From contig CAYXTA010000004.1 in NCBI GenBank assembly GCA_964468315.1, forward strand, positions 10,976 through 74,975: a stretch of 64,000 nt of DNA, given 5' to 3'. Shown in pieces: positions 18,763 to 28,750 of the stretch (positions within the stretch are counted from its first letter, which is position 1; each line of letters opens with the position of its first letter). The notes under the pieces were generated by a model. It saw nothing but the letters and a program-made list of their open reading frames with translations. It did not search any database and was not told the DNA's origin. Source of the stretch: an uncultured Candidatus Saccharibacteria bacterium (lineage in GTDB: Bacteria > Patescibacteriota > Minisyncoccia > Phycocordibacterales > UBA9973). The position numbers and the translations under genes are program-made.

Positions 18763-20292
18763 TTAAGCGAAACCAGGGAAAAAATCTATTTTTATATTAT
18801 TACTAGATACACCCATGGATTTTAAAGTATTTTCAAATGCATAAACCATACTGTGTGGACCTGATATGTAAAATATTTTATTTAAATAATCTGGAACTTC
18901 TCTTTTTATCATTTCTGCATCAATAAAACCTTTTTGCATAGACAAATCAGACAAAATTTCATTTTTTTCAGTGATATTGTAAATAGTTTTTATTCCTAAT
19001 TCATTTTTTGCTCTATCAAAAACATCTTTATAAGCAATGTCAGATATTTTTTTATTTGAATAAAAGATAGTTATGTTTCTTTTTTCTTTTTTATCCAATA
19101 AATATTGAACCATGCTACGAAAAGGGGTCACTCCAATACCTCCAGCTATAAATACTAATCCTTGTTTTTCTTTTTTAGGTAATACGAAATCTCCAGCCAA
19201 TTGAGAAACAATTATTTCTTCTCCTACTGGTAAAGCAAGTAGATGATTTTTAAAACTACTTGGTTCTGGGTAAAATTTTACCCCTAAATGTATCTCGGGT
19301 TCTGTCGGTGAAGATGCTATTGTAAAATATCTTCTATTACCTCTCGTATCTGGGTCACGATGTTTCAAAGTCCATTCCATATATTGCCCCGGTCTGAAAG
19401 AAAAGTTCGTATTTTTTGTAAAAATAAAATCATAAGTATCATTTGCTATTTTCACTTGTTCTTTTAATTTTAAGAAAAGTTTTTGTTTAGGACTCACTAA
19501 ATAAGCAAAGATATTTCCCAACAAAAGTGCTATTTCAGGAGTTAAATAAAATTGACCTATATGTACATCTGGGGCAACTAAAAAACCAACTAAAACACCG
19601 AATACTACTCGAGGCCATTTTGTAGTAGGTGCTGTTAATGGTTCTGTAAGCATTATAAAAGCAAAAAATAGAAAGGCGGAATCTTTGATAGTTCTCAATA
19701 AAACAGTCGCAACATCAGAACCTTTTAATATTGTAAAAACAGTAATTGTAATAAAAGCACTCAAAATAAAACTAAATATTAGATCCCCTTTACGAATTTT
19801 CCTTACAACTAAAATACCTCCAATAATAACAAAAGGAAGCATGTTTGTAGTACCTATCCACCAACTTGCACTCTGATTTATTGTAATAGCAGTCAATGCT
19901 ACAGCAAAAGCAGCTGGATTAAAAAGATGTTTTCTCCCAATAGCAAAAATATATTTTGAGGCCATAGCCCAAACTGATGCCCAAAAAGCAAAAGGTAAGA
20001 AATCTGTATAAACACCACCTTGTATAGGAGTTATTAAGAAAAATAAAATTAAAGCAGTTATATATACTGACTCTACGTTTGTAGGTGCTTCAAAAAATTT
20101 TGAAAAAACAATATTTGTTACCCAAGAAATAAATAAAATTATCAATAAAGAAACAATAAGGTCGACAGGTGTGTATGGAAGAAGTTTAAAAAAAGACAAA
20201 CAAAAAGCAGCAACAAAAAAGAACATCAGAATATATAATACTATTCTGTACATTGTTATTTTATTCAAAAAATTGTCTATATATTTAATCAT
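18763..20292 (-). CDS. Membrane oxidoreductase fusion: N-terminal RnfD/NqrB-like polytopic domain plus C-terminal FNR-like FAD/NAD(P)H-binding domain.
   Basis: GRKHLFNPAAFAVAL (the RnfD/NqrB HxFNPAL motif). RPGQYMEWT...RRYFTIASSP (the FAD-binding RxYS/T motif). FIAGGIGVTPF (NAD(P)-binding GGxGxxP motif). C-terminal ISGPHSMV. Confidence 0.65.
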   Translation of the reverse strand: MIKYIDNFLNKITMYRIVLYILMFFFVAAFCLSFFKLLPYTPVDLIVSLLIILFISWVTNIVFSKFFEAPTNVESVYITALILFFLITPIQGGVYTDFLPFAFWASVWAMASKYIFAIGRKHLFNPAAFAVALTAITINQSASWWIGTTNMLPFVIIGGILVVRKIRKGDLIFSFILSAFITITVFTILKGSDVATVLLRTIKDSAFLFFAFIMLTEPLTAPTTKWPRVVFGVLVGFLVAPDVHIGQFYLTPEIALLLGNIFAYLVSPKQKLFLKLKEQVKIANDTYDFIFTKNTNFSFRPGQYMEWTLKHRDPDTRGNRRYFTIASSPTEPEIHLGVKFYPEPSSFKNHLLALPVGEEIIVSQLAGDFVLPKKEKQGLVFIAGGIGVTPFRSMVQYLLDKKEKRNITIFYSNKKISDIAYKDVFDRAKNELGIKTIYNITEKNEILSDLSMQKGFIDAEMIKREVPDYLNKIFYISGPHSMVYAFENTLKSMGVSSNNIKIDFFPGFA

Positions 20293-20300
20293 TTTTATTT

Positions 20301-21050
20301 TTATATAACTGTATATTTGTTAAATCCTGTAGTCATTGTAGCTATACCATTTTTATCTATCATGTATCCTTCGAAATCATTTAAATTTTCAATAAAAAAA
20401 ATACCTTCTTTACCCATAGCATAAGTTGCAGTTGCTAAACGATCAGCTTCAAAAATATTTGGACCTATTACAGTAAAACTAACGATTTCATCTAATTTAT
20501 CAGTTTTATTTTTTGGATTATAAATATGTTGCCCACGAACATAATTACCTGAAGTCGCTATTCCATTATCATCCAAATACACTTTTTTTACAACTTCCCT
20601 CTTTTTATTAAAAGGGTTTTGAATTCCTATACACCATTTTTCATTTTTATTATTTTTACCAGAAACTTGAATATCTCCACCTGCTTCTACATAAAAATTT
20701 TTTATTCCTTTATTTTTTAAAATCTGACTAGCATTAAAAATGGACCAACCCTTAACTAAACCAGAAGGATCATAGCTTCCATTTGGTGTTAAAATATCAA
20801 AATAACCATTTGTAATTTTTTTTGTTTCTTCCGAGAGCTTAAAAACTAATTTCATATCATCACTAAAATTATTTTCTGTTATTTCTTTTTTATTAATTGC
20901 TGTTATTTCACTATCATCTTTATATGTACTAAATTTTTTATCGACATATCTAAAATAATCAAAAACTTCTTCAAAGAGTTCAGGTTTTGATTCATCGTCA
21001 TGAATTTCAACAATAATAGGAGTACCCATTATGATTTCTATTTTTTTCAT
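20301..21050 (-). CDS. apbE: FAD:protein FMN transferase (ApbE family), short form.
   Basis: IMGTPIIVEI, YDPSGLVKGW...VEAGGDIQV, IATSGNYVRGQHIYNP, EADRLATATYAMG. Confidence 0.8.
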   Translation of the reverse strand: MKKIEIIMGTPIIVEIHDDESKPELFEEVFDYFRYVDKKFSTYKDDSEITAINKKEITENNFSDDMKLVFKLSEETKKITNGYFDILTPNGSYDPSGLVKGWSIFNASQILKNKGIKNFYVEAGGDIQVSGKNNKNEKWCIGIQNPFNKKREVVKKVYLDDNGIATSGNYVRGQHIYNPKNKTDKLDEIVSFTVIGPNIFEADRLATATYAMGKEGIFFIENLNDFEGYMIDKNGIATMTTGFNKYTVI

Positions 21051-21055
21051 TTATT

Positions 21056-21595
21056 TTATGTTCTAGCTTGAGAAAGTGCTGAAGAAAGTGATTCAATAAA
21101 TGCTTGACTTGTATATGATGCGCTAGCGTAGCCATCTACATTTGAATCTTGAGCTACCAGTGCTTCACTAATAAGATAAGGCATTGCTTTTGCATTTAAA
21201 TTTCTAGAAGTTGACCTTGAATTTGGATAACTTAAAAATTGAACATCAGCTATTTTACCACCTGAAACAATAACCTTTACTTGCACATAACCATAAGAAG
21301 CATCAATAGAATCACCTGTATAGCTTCCATTTTTATATTTACCAGTATTTATAACTGGTGGAGGTACTATTACTGGTTTTGGATTTATTATAACTGGATT
21401 TGTTTGAGTAGTTGTTGTGTTTGAGGGTTTTGGTTCAGTTGTAATTAAATTATATTCAGGAAGAGAAAGTGCTACTTTTGGTTTATTTGGTTCTGGTGTT
21501 AAAACAACAGGAGCTGTCGTACCCAAAATACGTATATGTAAAATATACGCACCGAAACCAAATATTAAAAATGATGATAGTATTACTTTCTTCAT
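21056..21595 (-). CDS. Membrane-anchored FMN-binding-domain (FMN_bind) protein, the presumptive ApbE flavinylation substrate.
   Basis: N-terminal TM helix. Pro/Thr linker. C-terminal YVQVKVIVSGGKIADVQFL...VDGYASASYTSQAFIESL matches the FMN_bind pattern. Confidence 0.65.
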   Translation of the reverse strand: MKKVILSSFLIFGFGAYILHIRILGTTAPVVLTPEPNKPKVALSLPEYNLITTEPKPSNTTTTQTNPVIINPKPVIVPPPVINTGKYKNGSYTGDSIDASYGYVQVKVIVSGGKIADVQFLSYPNSRSTSRNLNAKAMPYLISEALVAQDSNVDGYASASYTSQAFIESLSSALSQART

Positions 21596-21604
21596 ATTTT
21601 ATTT

Positions 21605-22519
21605 TTAATCGTCATCTTCCTCTATTTCATTATGATATGAAGTGGATTTATGAGTACCATAATCATCTTCTTCTATATCATCAGAATCATCTTCATCATC
21701 GTCTGATTCAATATCACTCTTAATAACATTTGAAAGCATTAATAATTTAGTTGAATTTAATGTATTAATAGCTAAATTAAATTTATCAACAGAACCATTA
21801 TAATCAGAAGTATTTAATAAAATTTTACCTTCTTCTATAGATTTTTCAGTGGAAGAAAGTTTATTATCAATTTGAGTTTGTATGTTTACCGATAATTTGA
21901 TTTTGTCTTTTTGATATGACAATTTAACTGTTTTTAATAAATTTTCAGCATCTTTTTGTTTTTGAGAAGCTGTAGATGAATCTTCTATTGGTTGATTTGT
22001 ACTTACTTGTATTTTTGTATCTTGATTTACTGTTTGACTAGAATTTTGTATAACATCAACTAATTTTTTTGTTTCTTGTTTTGTTATTTCATTTGTATTT
22101 TCATTTGAAGATACATTATCAAAAACATTTTTATAAGCTTGAAGTGAAGCTTGCATTCTAATGTTTAAATCCGAAGAATTAACAGATTGATTTTTTACTA
22201 AAGCTAATTCTTTTACTTTAACATTAAAATCTTCAACTTGATTTTTTATTTTATTTTCTAATTCTAACCTAAAAGCTTCGTCTAATTTGTTTTCAGAAAT
22301 TAATTTTTTGGCTTCTTCTAAACGACGCTCTACTAATCTTTCTTTCCATTCTGTTTTTTCTTCTTTTGTAAGAGCAAAAACACCTGCTACTGGTTCATTT
22401 ACAAAAATTTTAATACCATATAACAAATTTCCAGGTACAGATTTTTCTGCAAATGCTGAAGTAGTACCTAATGATAAAATAACTATAATTACAATAATTT
22501 CTTTAATAAAATTTTTCAT
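21605..22519 (-). CDS. Secreted coiled-coil protein with a strongly acidic C-terminal tail.
   Basis: Signal peptide ..TTSAFA. C-terminus DDDEDDSDDIEEDDY..EIEEDDD. Confidence 0.45.
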   Translation of the reverse strand: MKNFIKEIIVIIVILSLGTTSAFAEKSVPGNLLYGIKIFVNEPVAGVFALTKEEKTEWKERLVERRLEEAKKLISENKLDEAFRLELENKIKNQVEDFNVKVKELALVKNQSVNSSDLNIRMQASLQAYKNVFDNVSSNENTNEITKQETKKLVDVIQNSSQTVNQDTKIQVSTNQPIEDSSTASQKQKDAENLLKTVKLSYQKDKIKLSVNIQTQIDNKLSSTEKSIEEGKILLNTSDYNGSVDKFNLAINTLNSTKLLMLSNVIKSDIESDDDEDDSDDIEEDDYGTHKSTSYHNEIEEDDD

Positions 22520-22557
22520 ATTAGCATTATACCATACCTAAATAAAACAAATGAAAA

Positions 22558-23700
22558 CTATCTTATAGATTTAGCAACAGTTTTTACTACATTTTTATCG
22601 AAAATACTTGGGATTATATTTTCCCTTGTTGGGTTTTTTACCAATTTTGCAAGAGCGACAGATGCTTTCACAAGCATTGAGTCTGTAATATCTCTAACTT
22701 TATTATCAAGAGCTCCTCGGAAAATACCAGGGAAACCAAGTGCATTATTTAATTGATTTGGAAAATCAGATCTACCAGTAGCCACAATGAATGCACCAGA
22801 AGATTTTGCAATATCGGGCATTATTTCAGGCACAGGGTTTGCAAGAGCAAAAATTATTGGTTTTGTATTCATTATTTTTATAAATTCAGGTTTTAAAGCT
22901 CCAGCTTTTGATACACCAATAAATACATCTGCATTCTTTAAAACTTCTTCAAGACCTCCTGTTATTTTTTGTTTATTTGTTTTTTCAGCTAATTTTATTT
23001 TTTCATCATTCATACTTTCTCTACCTTTATAAATTGCTCCTAAACTATCCACAACAATAATCTCTGTAAATCCATATTCAAGAAGCATTTTTGTAATGGC
23101 AAGACCAGCAGCACCAGCACCATTTATAACAATTTTTATATTTTTATTTTTTGTTCCACGAACTTTTAAAGCATTTATAATACCTGAAAGGACAACCATT
23201 GCAGTGCCATGTTGATCATCATGCATTATTGGTATATTTAATTCTTTTTTTAATCTTTCTTCAATTTCAAAACATCTAGGAGCTGAAATATCTTCTAAAT
23301 TTATTGCCCCAAAAGATGGAGCAATAGCTTTAATGGCTTGTATTATTTCTTCTGTATTTTGAGTAGATAAAACAATAGGAAAAGCATTTATACCTGCAAA
23401 ACTTTGAAATATTGCAGCTTTTCCTTCCATAACAGGCAAAGCTCCTTCTGGACCAATATTACCAAGACCCAAAACAGCTGAACCATCAGAAATAACAGCA
23501 ACCATATTACCTCTTGATGTATATAAATTAGTTTCTTTTGGATTTTGAGCAAGATAACTAGAAACTCCTCCAACACCAGGTGTGTAAAGCAAACTCAAAT
23601 CGTTTTTATTTTTAATTTTGTATTTAGAAAGGATTTCTATTTTACCTTTAAGTTTTTTGTGAAGTTTTAAAGACTCAGAAACAATATTTGTTTTTTTCAT
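22558..23700 (-). CDS. maeB: NAD(P)-dependent malic enzyme (malate dehydrogenase, oxaloacetate-decarboxylating), short form.
   Basis: LLYTPGVGGVS, NLYTSRGNMVAVISDGSAVLGLGNIGPEGALPVMEGKAAIFQSFAGI, VINGAGAAGLAI. Confidence 0.9.
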   Translation of the reverse strand: MKKTNIVSESLKLHKKLKGKIEILSKYKIKNKNDLSLLYTPGVGGVSSYLAQNPKETNLYTSRGNMVAVISDGSAVLGLGNIGPEGALPVMEGKAAIFQSFAGINAFPIVLSTQNTEEIIQAIKAIAPSFGAINLEDISAPRCFEIEERLKKELNIPIMHDDQHGTAMVVLSGIINALKVRGTKNKNIKIVINGAGAAGLAITKMLLEYGFTEIIVVDSLGAIYKGRESMNDEKIKLAEKTNKQKITGGLEEVLKNADVFIGVSKAGALKPEFIKIMNTKPIIFALANPVPEIMPDIAKSSGAFIVATGRSDFPNQLNNALGFPGIFRGALDNKVRDITDSMLVKASVALAKLVKNPTRENIIPSIFDKNVVKTVAKSIR

Positions 23701-23701
23701 A

Positions 23702-23920
23702 TTATGAATTTAATTTCTTTATCTGATCTTGATATTTTCTCATAACTTCCATAGAAGCAGACATTTGATCTTGACCACTTTTGATCTTTTCTTGAACCTC
23801 CTCAGCAATTTTTTTAAAAAGTTCTGGATCTTTCTCCATCATAGATAAAACCATATCTATTTGCTCTTCTGGTACACCTTGGCCCTTTAACATTTTCTTC
23901 AATAAAAAATTTTTAAACAT
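23702..23920 (-). CDS. Small hypothetical protein (72 aa).
   Basis: ORF tightly packed between maeB and ndh. No recognisable motif. Confidence 0.35.
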   Translation of the reverse strand: MFKNFLLKKMLKGQGVPEEQIDMVLSMMEKDPELFKKIAEEVQEKIKSGQDQMSASMEVMRKYQDQIKKLNS

Positions 23921-23964
23921 GTTTTTGATTATAAATTAATAAATAATAAATGCAATTTACAAAA

Positions 23965-25158
23965 TTATTTTTCTTTACGATATTTCCAACCTTCAAGATA
24001 CAAACTAAAGAATTTTTTCCAAGATAAAATATCAGCAAAAAACATAAAATCTATCATATGGCGAACAGCATATGCAAAAAATCCATACAAAACAAAAGAA
24101 CCACTAGATAAAACTCCCCAAGATTCACCAATAGGAATAGCTAGACCATTTTTCTTTGGAATATATTTATCTATTTTTTTGTTTTTTAATTTTTGAGTAA
24201 TTATCTTTGCAACATATTTTCCATCATAAATAGCTGTCTGAGCGAGACCAGAATATTCTGTAGCAGCAGCATCACCTATAACATAAATATCTTCAAATCC
24301 TTTTGCTTGCAAATATTCATCGACTTCTACTCTTTTGTTTTTTGCAAAAGTTAATCCTGTGATTTTAGAAAAAAGTCTATTTATTTGTGTTCCAGCTGTC
24401 CATATAACAGTTTTTGCCTGAAAAGACATATCTTTCATATATACTTGCTCCAATTCTTCTTTCATTAAAAAACGATTAAGGTAAACATTTACTCCTAATT
24501 CTCTTAAACGATTAAGGATTTTACTAGAAACTTTTTCAGGTAAAGAAGGAATAAGTCTTCCGTTTGATTCTATTAAATCAATAGTTATAAAAGATGGATC
24601 GACTTTATTTACTTTTGCCAAATGTTTTAAATGCACAGACAAATCACCAGCAACTTCTACTCCAGAAGGACCACCACCAACAATAACAACGTGAAAATGA
24701 GAAACAAATTCACTTTGTGTTGGATGTTCATGTTCTTCAAACAAATTTGCAATATGAGTTTTTAAACGAAGAGCTTCATTTATAGATTTAAAACCAAGGG
24801 AAAAATCTTCTATACCTGGAAGATTGAAATATGTAGTTTCACTACCAAGAGCCATTATCAAAATATCGTATTTATATACTGAACCAGCTTCAGATGTTGC
24901 TGTTTTATCAGTTAAATTTATATCAATGATTTTATCTATATCTACTTCTACTCTTTTAGGTAAAATTTCTTCAAGGGGTACACAAACTTCAATAGGAGAA
25001 GCTCCTGTTACTATACGATACAAAGCTGGATAATATTCAAAATAACTCTTGTTTGATACGAGTTTTATCTCTAAATTAGGATTTTTTTTAGCCAATTCTC
25101 TAGCAGATATAATACCCCCAAATCCCCCGCCAATTATTAAAACTCTTTTAGGTTGCAT
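23965..25158 (-). CDS. ndh: Type II NADH dehydrogenase (NDH-2) with a hydrophobic/amphipathic C-terminal extension.
   Basis: VLIIGGGFGGII (FAD), VVIVGGGPSGVEVAG (NADH), YVIGDAA motifs. C-terminal FVLYGFFAYAVRHMIDFMFFADILSW. Confidence 0.85.
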   Translation of the reverse strand: MQPKRVLIIGGGFGGIISARELAKKNPNLEIKLVSNKSYFEYYPALYRIVTGASPIEVCVPLEEILPKRVEVDIDKIIDINLTDKTATSEAGSVYKYDILIMALGSETTYFNLPGIEDFSLGFKSINEALRLKTHIANLFEEHEHPTQSEFVSHFHVVIVGGGPSGVEVAGDLSVHLKHLAKVNKVDPSFITIDLIESNGRLIPSLPEKVSSKILNRLRELGVNVYLNRFLMKEELEQVYMKDMSFQAKTVIWTAGTQINRLFSKITGLTFAKNKRVEVDEYLQAKGFEDIYVIGDAAATEYSGLAQTAIYDGKYVAKIITQKLKNKKIDKYIPKKNGLAIPIGESWGVLSSGSFVLYGFFAYAVRHMIDFMFFADILSWKKFFSLYLEGWKYRKEK

Positions 25159-25196
25159 AGAGCCATTATACGCCTATAAATAATTTTAGACAAAAA

Positions 25197-26642
25197 TCAT
25201 TCAGCAAGTATTTCAAAATCATTACCTTCTACGTTTTGACTAGGATTTATCTTTTTTCTTAAAAAATATACAGATAATATACCAATAATTAACAATAACA
25301 CCATAGCAAAAATAATAAATATTAAATTTTTTGAATTATTATTTATTTCTGTATTTACGACAGAAGAAGTAATATCTTCTGGATTAATCATATTGTTTAC
25401 ATTTAAATCTTTAATATTTTCTATGTTATTTGAAATATTTTTTACACCAGGATTTTTATATGCAATACTATTTGTTTTTATTTTATTAGATACACCATAA
25501 GTAAATACATTTTCAGAAGTAGATGAAATGAGTTTTAAATTATTAGAATCGTCTATTGTAAAATTAGTTATTTTAGAAGAAATTTTCATTTTGCTTTTTG
25601 ATTGTAAAATAGTATTTTTGGGAAAAACAAAAGTTTTATTGTTACTTTGTAAGCTCCATTTAGATATATCAACATCGTAACTAGAACTATTATAAAGCTC
25701 CACAAAGAAGTCCTGACTATTACCAACAGAAGAAATAACAACATCATTTGATACTATTTTTATAATCATTGAGTCTATTGCTTCTGGATTTTCTGCATAA
25801 TAATTATCATAAAATTCTAAACTTACATTATATTCACCAGGATAAAAATATGTATGAGCAAATTTTTGAGACTGATTTAAATATATTTCTTTTGAATCTC
25901 CGTCACCAAAATTCCAATAATATTTTCCATAAAGCAAAGCTTCATTTTTATGTCCTGTTGTATTTCCACTAAAAGTAATAGGTATACCAACAAAGCCATT
26001 ATTTTGTGCAGAAATATGGGTTTTTATTTTATATTCTATGGTTTTTGTTTTTTCTGATGGCGCAGAAGTCGTCCCAGTTGAACTATCTGAACTTGTATTA
26101 GTATTATCGGAAGAATTGTTTGAATTAATATTAGTTGAACTAGAATTAACTTGTCCAGGAGTTGGTGTAGCAGAAACCCATGATCCATTTATTTTTTGGA
26201 GAGAATTTCCATCACCACTTGCTCCTTGAGATGAAGTATAAGCAACAGAAGACATTGGAGAATTTTTATCACCAGTATTTATTTCAATTTTCCCTGCATC
26301 ATTTGGTAAAGAAAAACTGCTGGTAAAAATATTACCAGCAGTTCCAAATCTATCTGTATAATTTGTGATTGCACTACTTTGAACGATCACACCGTATTCA
26401 CCATTGTGCAACACCGATGCACCAGAAGAATTATTTATACTATGATTTGATGTCGAATTATCGACAAAAAGTTTTAACGACGTAAGATCCACATCCGAAC
26501 CATTATTAACTACTTCAACAAAATCAATATCTCCACCATCTAAATCATAATTTATTTCATTAATAGAAACATCAGCAAAAACAAAATTAAACTTAAGCAA
26601 AAAGACAATAATAACTAAAAACAAGGGTAATTTTTTATTCAT
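25197..26642 (-). CDS. Surface protein with two lamin-tail-domain (LTD)-like modules; signal peptide and C-terminal TM anchor.
   Basis: VSINEINYDLDGGDIDFVEVVNNGSDVDLTSLKL and VVISSVGNSQDFFVELYNSSSYDVDISKWSL (LTD-like). C-terminal LIFIIFAMVLLLIIGILSVYFL. Confidence 0.55.
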   Translation of the reverse strand: MNKKLPLFLVIIVFLLKFNFVFADVSINEINYDLDGGDIDFVEVVNNGSDVDLTSLKLFVDNSTSNHSINNSSGASVLHNGEYGVIVQSSAITNYTDRFGTAGNIFTSSFSLPNDAGKIEINTGDKNSPMSSVAYTSSQGASGDGNSLQKINGSWVSATPTPGQVNSSSTNINSNNSSDNTNTSSDSSTGTTSAPSEKTKTIEYKIKTHISAQNNGFVGIPITFSGNTTGHKNEALLYGKYYWNFGDGDSKEIYLNQSQKFAHTYFYPGEYNVSLEFYDNYYAENPEAIDSMIIKIVSNDVVISSVGNSQDFFVELYNSSSYDVDISKWSLQSNNKTFVFPKNTILQSKSKMKISSKITNFTIDDSNNLKLISSTSENVFTYGVSNKIKTNSIAYKNPGVKNISNNIENIKDLNVNNMINPEDITSSVVNTEINNNSKNLIFIIFAMVLLLIIGILSVYFLRKKINPSQNVEGNDFEILAE

Positions 26643-26665
26643 GACATTGTTTTAAATATTTTGTA

Positions 26666-27691
26666 ATGTGTTATAATTTTATCATTATGACAAATCAAGG
26701 TAAAATAAATTTTCTAGCAATTGGGGATATCGTTACTGATGCTTTTATAAAGTTAAAAGAAGCCCATATTCACAAGGGTTTAGACAGTATTGACAGTAAT
26801 GAACTTTGTTTGCGTTTTGGAGACAAAGTACCTTATGAATCAGTTGAAATCCTTAGTGCTGTTGGTAATAGTCCAAATGCATCTGTTTCTGCAAGTCGTC
26901 TTGGTTTATCTTCTGCTTTACTTACTAATATTGGAAATGATCAAAACGGCATAGATTGTTTAAATAATCTAAAAAAAGAAAATATAGATACTAGTTTTAT
27001 ACAAACAGAAAACAATAAAATAACAAATTATCATTATGTACTTTGGTATGGTGTAGAAAGAACTATTTTAATAAAACACGAAGATTTTACATATTCTTTA
27101 CCAGAATTACCTGAAGTGGATTATATTTATTTATCTTCCCTTTCTGAAAATTCACTTGAGTATCACAAACAAATAGCAGAATATTTGAAAAATCATCCAA
27201 ATACAAAGTTGGCATTTCAACCAGGAACATTCCAAATAAAATTTGGAACAGAAAAATTGCGTGATATATATACTCACACAGAAGTTTTCTTTTGTAATTT
27301 AGAAGAAGCACAAAAAATATTAAATATTGAAAATAAAGATATTAAAATTTTAATAAAAGGAATACACGATCTCGGACCTAAAATAGTAGCTATAAGTGAT
27401 GGGCCAAATGGCGCATATGCATCAGACGGGAATAATATTTATTTTATACCAATGTACCCAGACATAGCTCCTCCAGTAGAGCGCACTGGTGCAGGTGATG
27501 CTTTTTCTTCTACTTTCACTGTTGCTCTAACATTAGGAAAAACAATCGAGGAAGCACTTTCTTGGGGACCGATAAATTCTATGAATGTAGTACAACACGT
27601 AGGTGCACAAAAAGGTCTTTTGAACCTTTCAGAATTACAAGATTATTTATCAAAAGCACCTGAAAATTATAAAGTAAGTAAAATAAATTAA
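26666..27691 (+). CDS. PfkB-family carbohydrate kinase (ribokinase-like).
   Basis: N-terminal LAIGDIVTDAF and C-terminal TGAGDAFSSTFTVALTLG PfkB signatures. Confidence 0.8.
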   Translation: MCYNFIIMTNQGKINFLAIGDIVTDAFIKLKEAHIHKGLDSIDSNELCLRFGDKVPYESVEILSAVGNSPNASVSASRLGLSSALLTNIGNDQNGIDCLNNLKKENIDTSFIQTENNKITNYHYVLWYGVERTILIKHEDFTYSLPELPEVDYIYLSSLSENSLEYHKQIAEYLKNHPNTKLAFQPGTFQIKFGTEKLRDIYTHTEVFFCNLEEAQKILNIENKDIKILIKGIHDLGPKIVAISDGPNGAYASDGNNIYFIPMYPDIAPPVERTGAGDAFSSTFTVALTLGKTIEEALSWGPINSMNVVQHVGAQKGLLNLSELQDYLSKAPENYKVSKIN

Positions 27692-27694
27692 TAT

Positions 27695-28750
27695 ATGATG
27701 GAAAAAATAGAACAACTAAATAAAAAAGTTAGTAATGAAAATATTAAGGAATTAGAAAAACAAATTAAAAATATAAAAGAAAATATTTATAAATTTTATA
27801 CAGAAATGAGATTTTTGGATGAAAAAGACATCACAAGTAAAAATAAATATGAAGAAACAATAAAGAAATACGAAGAAGAATTAGTTATATTAGAAAAAAC
27901 CATAAAACAGATGGCCAAAGTTGGTGATTCAAATTATTTAATACCAGAAGAAGAAACAATAGGAACATATAAAGTAGATGGTAAACCCATAATACCGATG
28001 GAGGAAAAATTAAAATATATAGTTTCAAAAATAAACAAAGAATTAGGGTATGATTCAATTTCAAATGAAAAAGAAAAGAAAGAATTTACTGAGGATATTT
28101 TGACTAAATTGACAGAAGAAATTAATCAAGAAATGCAACATGATAAAGTTAACAACATAAATACTTCAACATTTGAAAAATTCGATTCTTTAATCAAAGA
28201 AATAGATGAAAATGAGAAAAGTTTTAAAATTCATTTTCCAGAATTAAATATAAACAATAAAAAAGAGATAAGTTTCCTTAATGAAGAATACAGAGAAACA
28301 TACAATTATTTAAAAAATAGACATGAAAAATTAAGAGGAAAATTATTTTCAATAAAAAAAGAATTAGAAAATAAAATAAGTAATAATAAAAATATAACTT
28401 CTTCTGAAATTAAACAGAAGGCAAAAGAAATTGCTTGGGAAAAAATTGTAAAGAAAGAAACTGATGAAAAAATAGAAGGTATTTTAAATAAATTTAACGA
28501 GGCAAAGAGTGAAATGTATGCTACCGAAGAAAAAATGAAAGAAGCAGTGGGAATAGAAGAATACAAAAAATACGAAAAAGAGTTAATGAAAACTAGAATT
28601 AATTTACTTAATATAGATAATGTATTACACAGAATATATAAAGAAAAAGGACGTGTCTATGAATCAGATGAAATTATAATCAAAATAAAAAGTTTAATGG
28701 AGGCACAGAAAAATGATTCTGAAGAAGATAGACTAACTAGCCAAAACTAA
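27695..28750 (+). CDS. Lys/Glu-rich coiled-coil hypothetical protein.
   Basis: Low-complexity K/E heptad-like sequence. No catalytic motif. Confidence 0.45.
   Translation: MMEKIEQLNKKVSNENIKELEKQIKNIKENIYKFYTEMRFLDEKDITSKNKYEETIKKYEEELVILEKTIKQMAKVGDSNYLIPEEETIGTYKVDGKPIIPMEEKLKYIVSKINKELGYDSISNEKEKKEFTEDILTKLTEEINQEMQHDKVNNINTSTFEKFDSLIKEIDENEKSFKIHFPELNINNKKEISFLNEEYRETYNYLKNRHEKLRGKLFSIKKELENKISNNKNITSSEIKQKAKEIAWEKIVKKETDEKIEGILNKFNEAKSEMYATEEKMKEAVGIEEYKKYEKELMKTRINLLNIDNVLHRIYKEKGRVYESDEIIIKIKSLMEAQKNDSEEDRLTSQN

Noticed and set aside
23702-23920. Assigning the 72-aa ORF a specific function (it has faint resemblance to SRP/YidC-type C-terminal tails)
   Set aside because: The similarity is too vague to support from sequence alone. 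Left as hypothetical.
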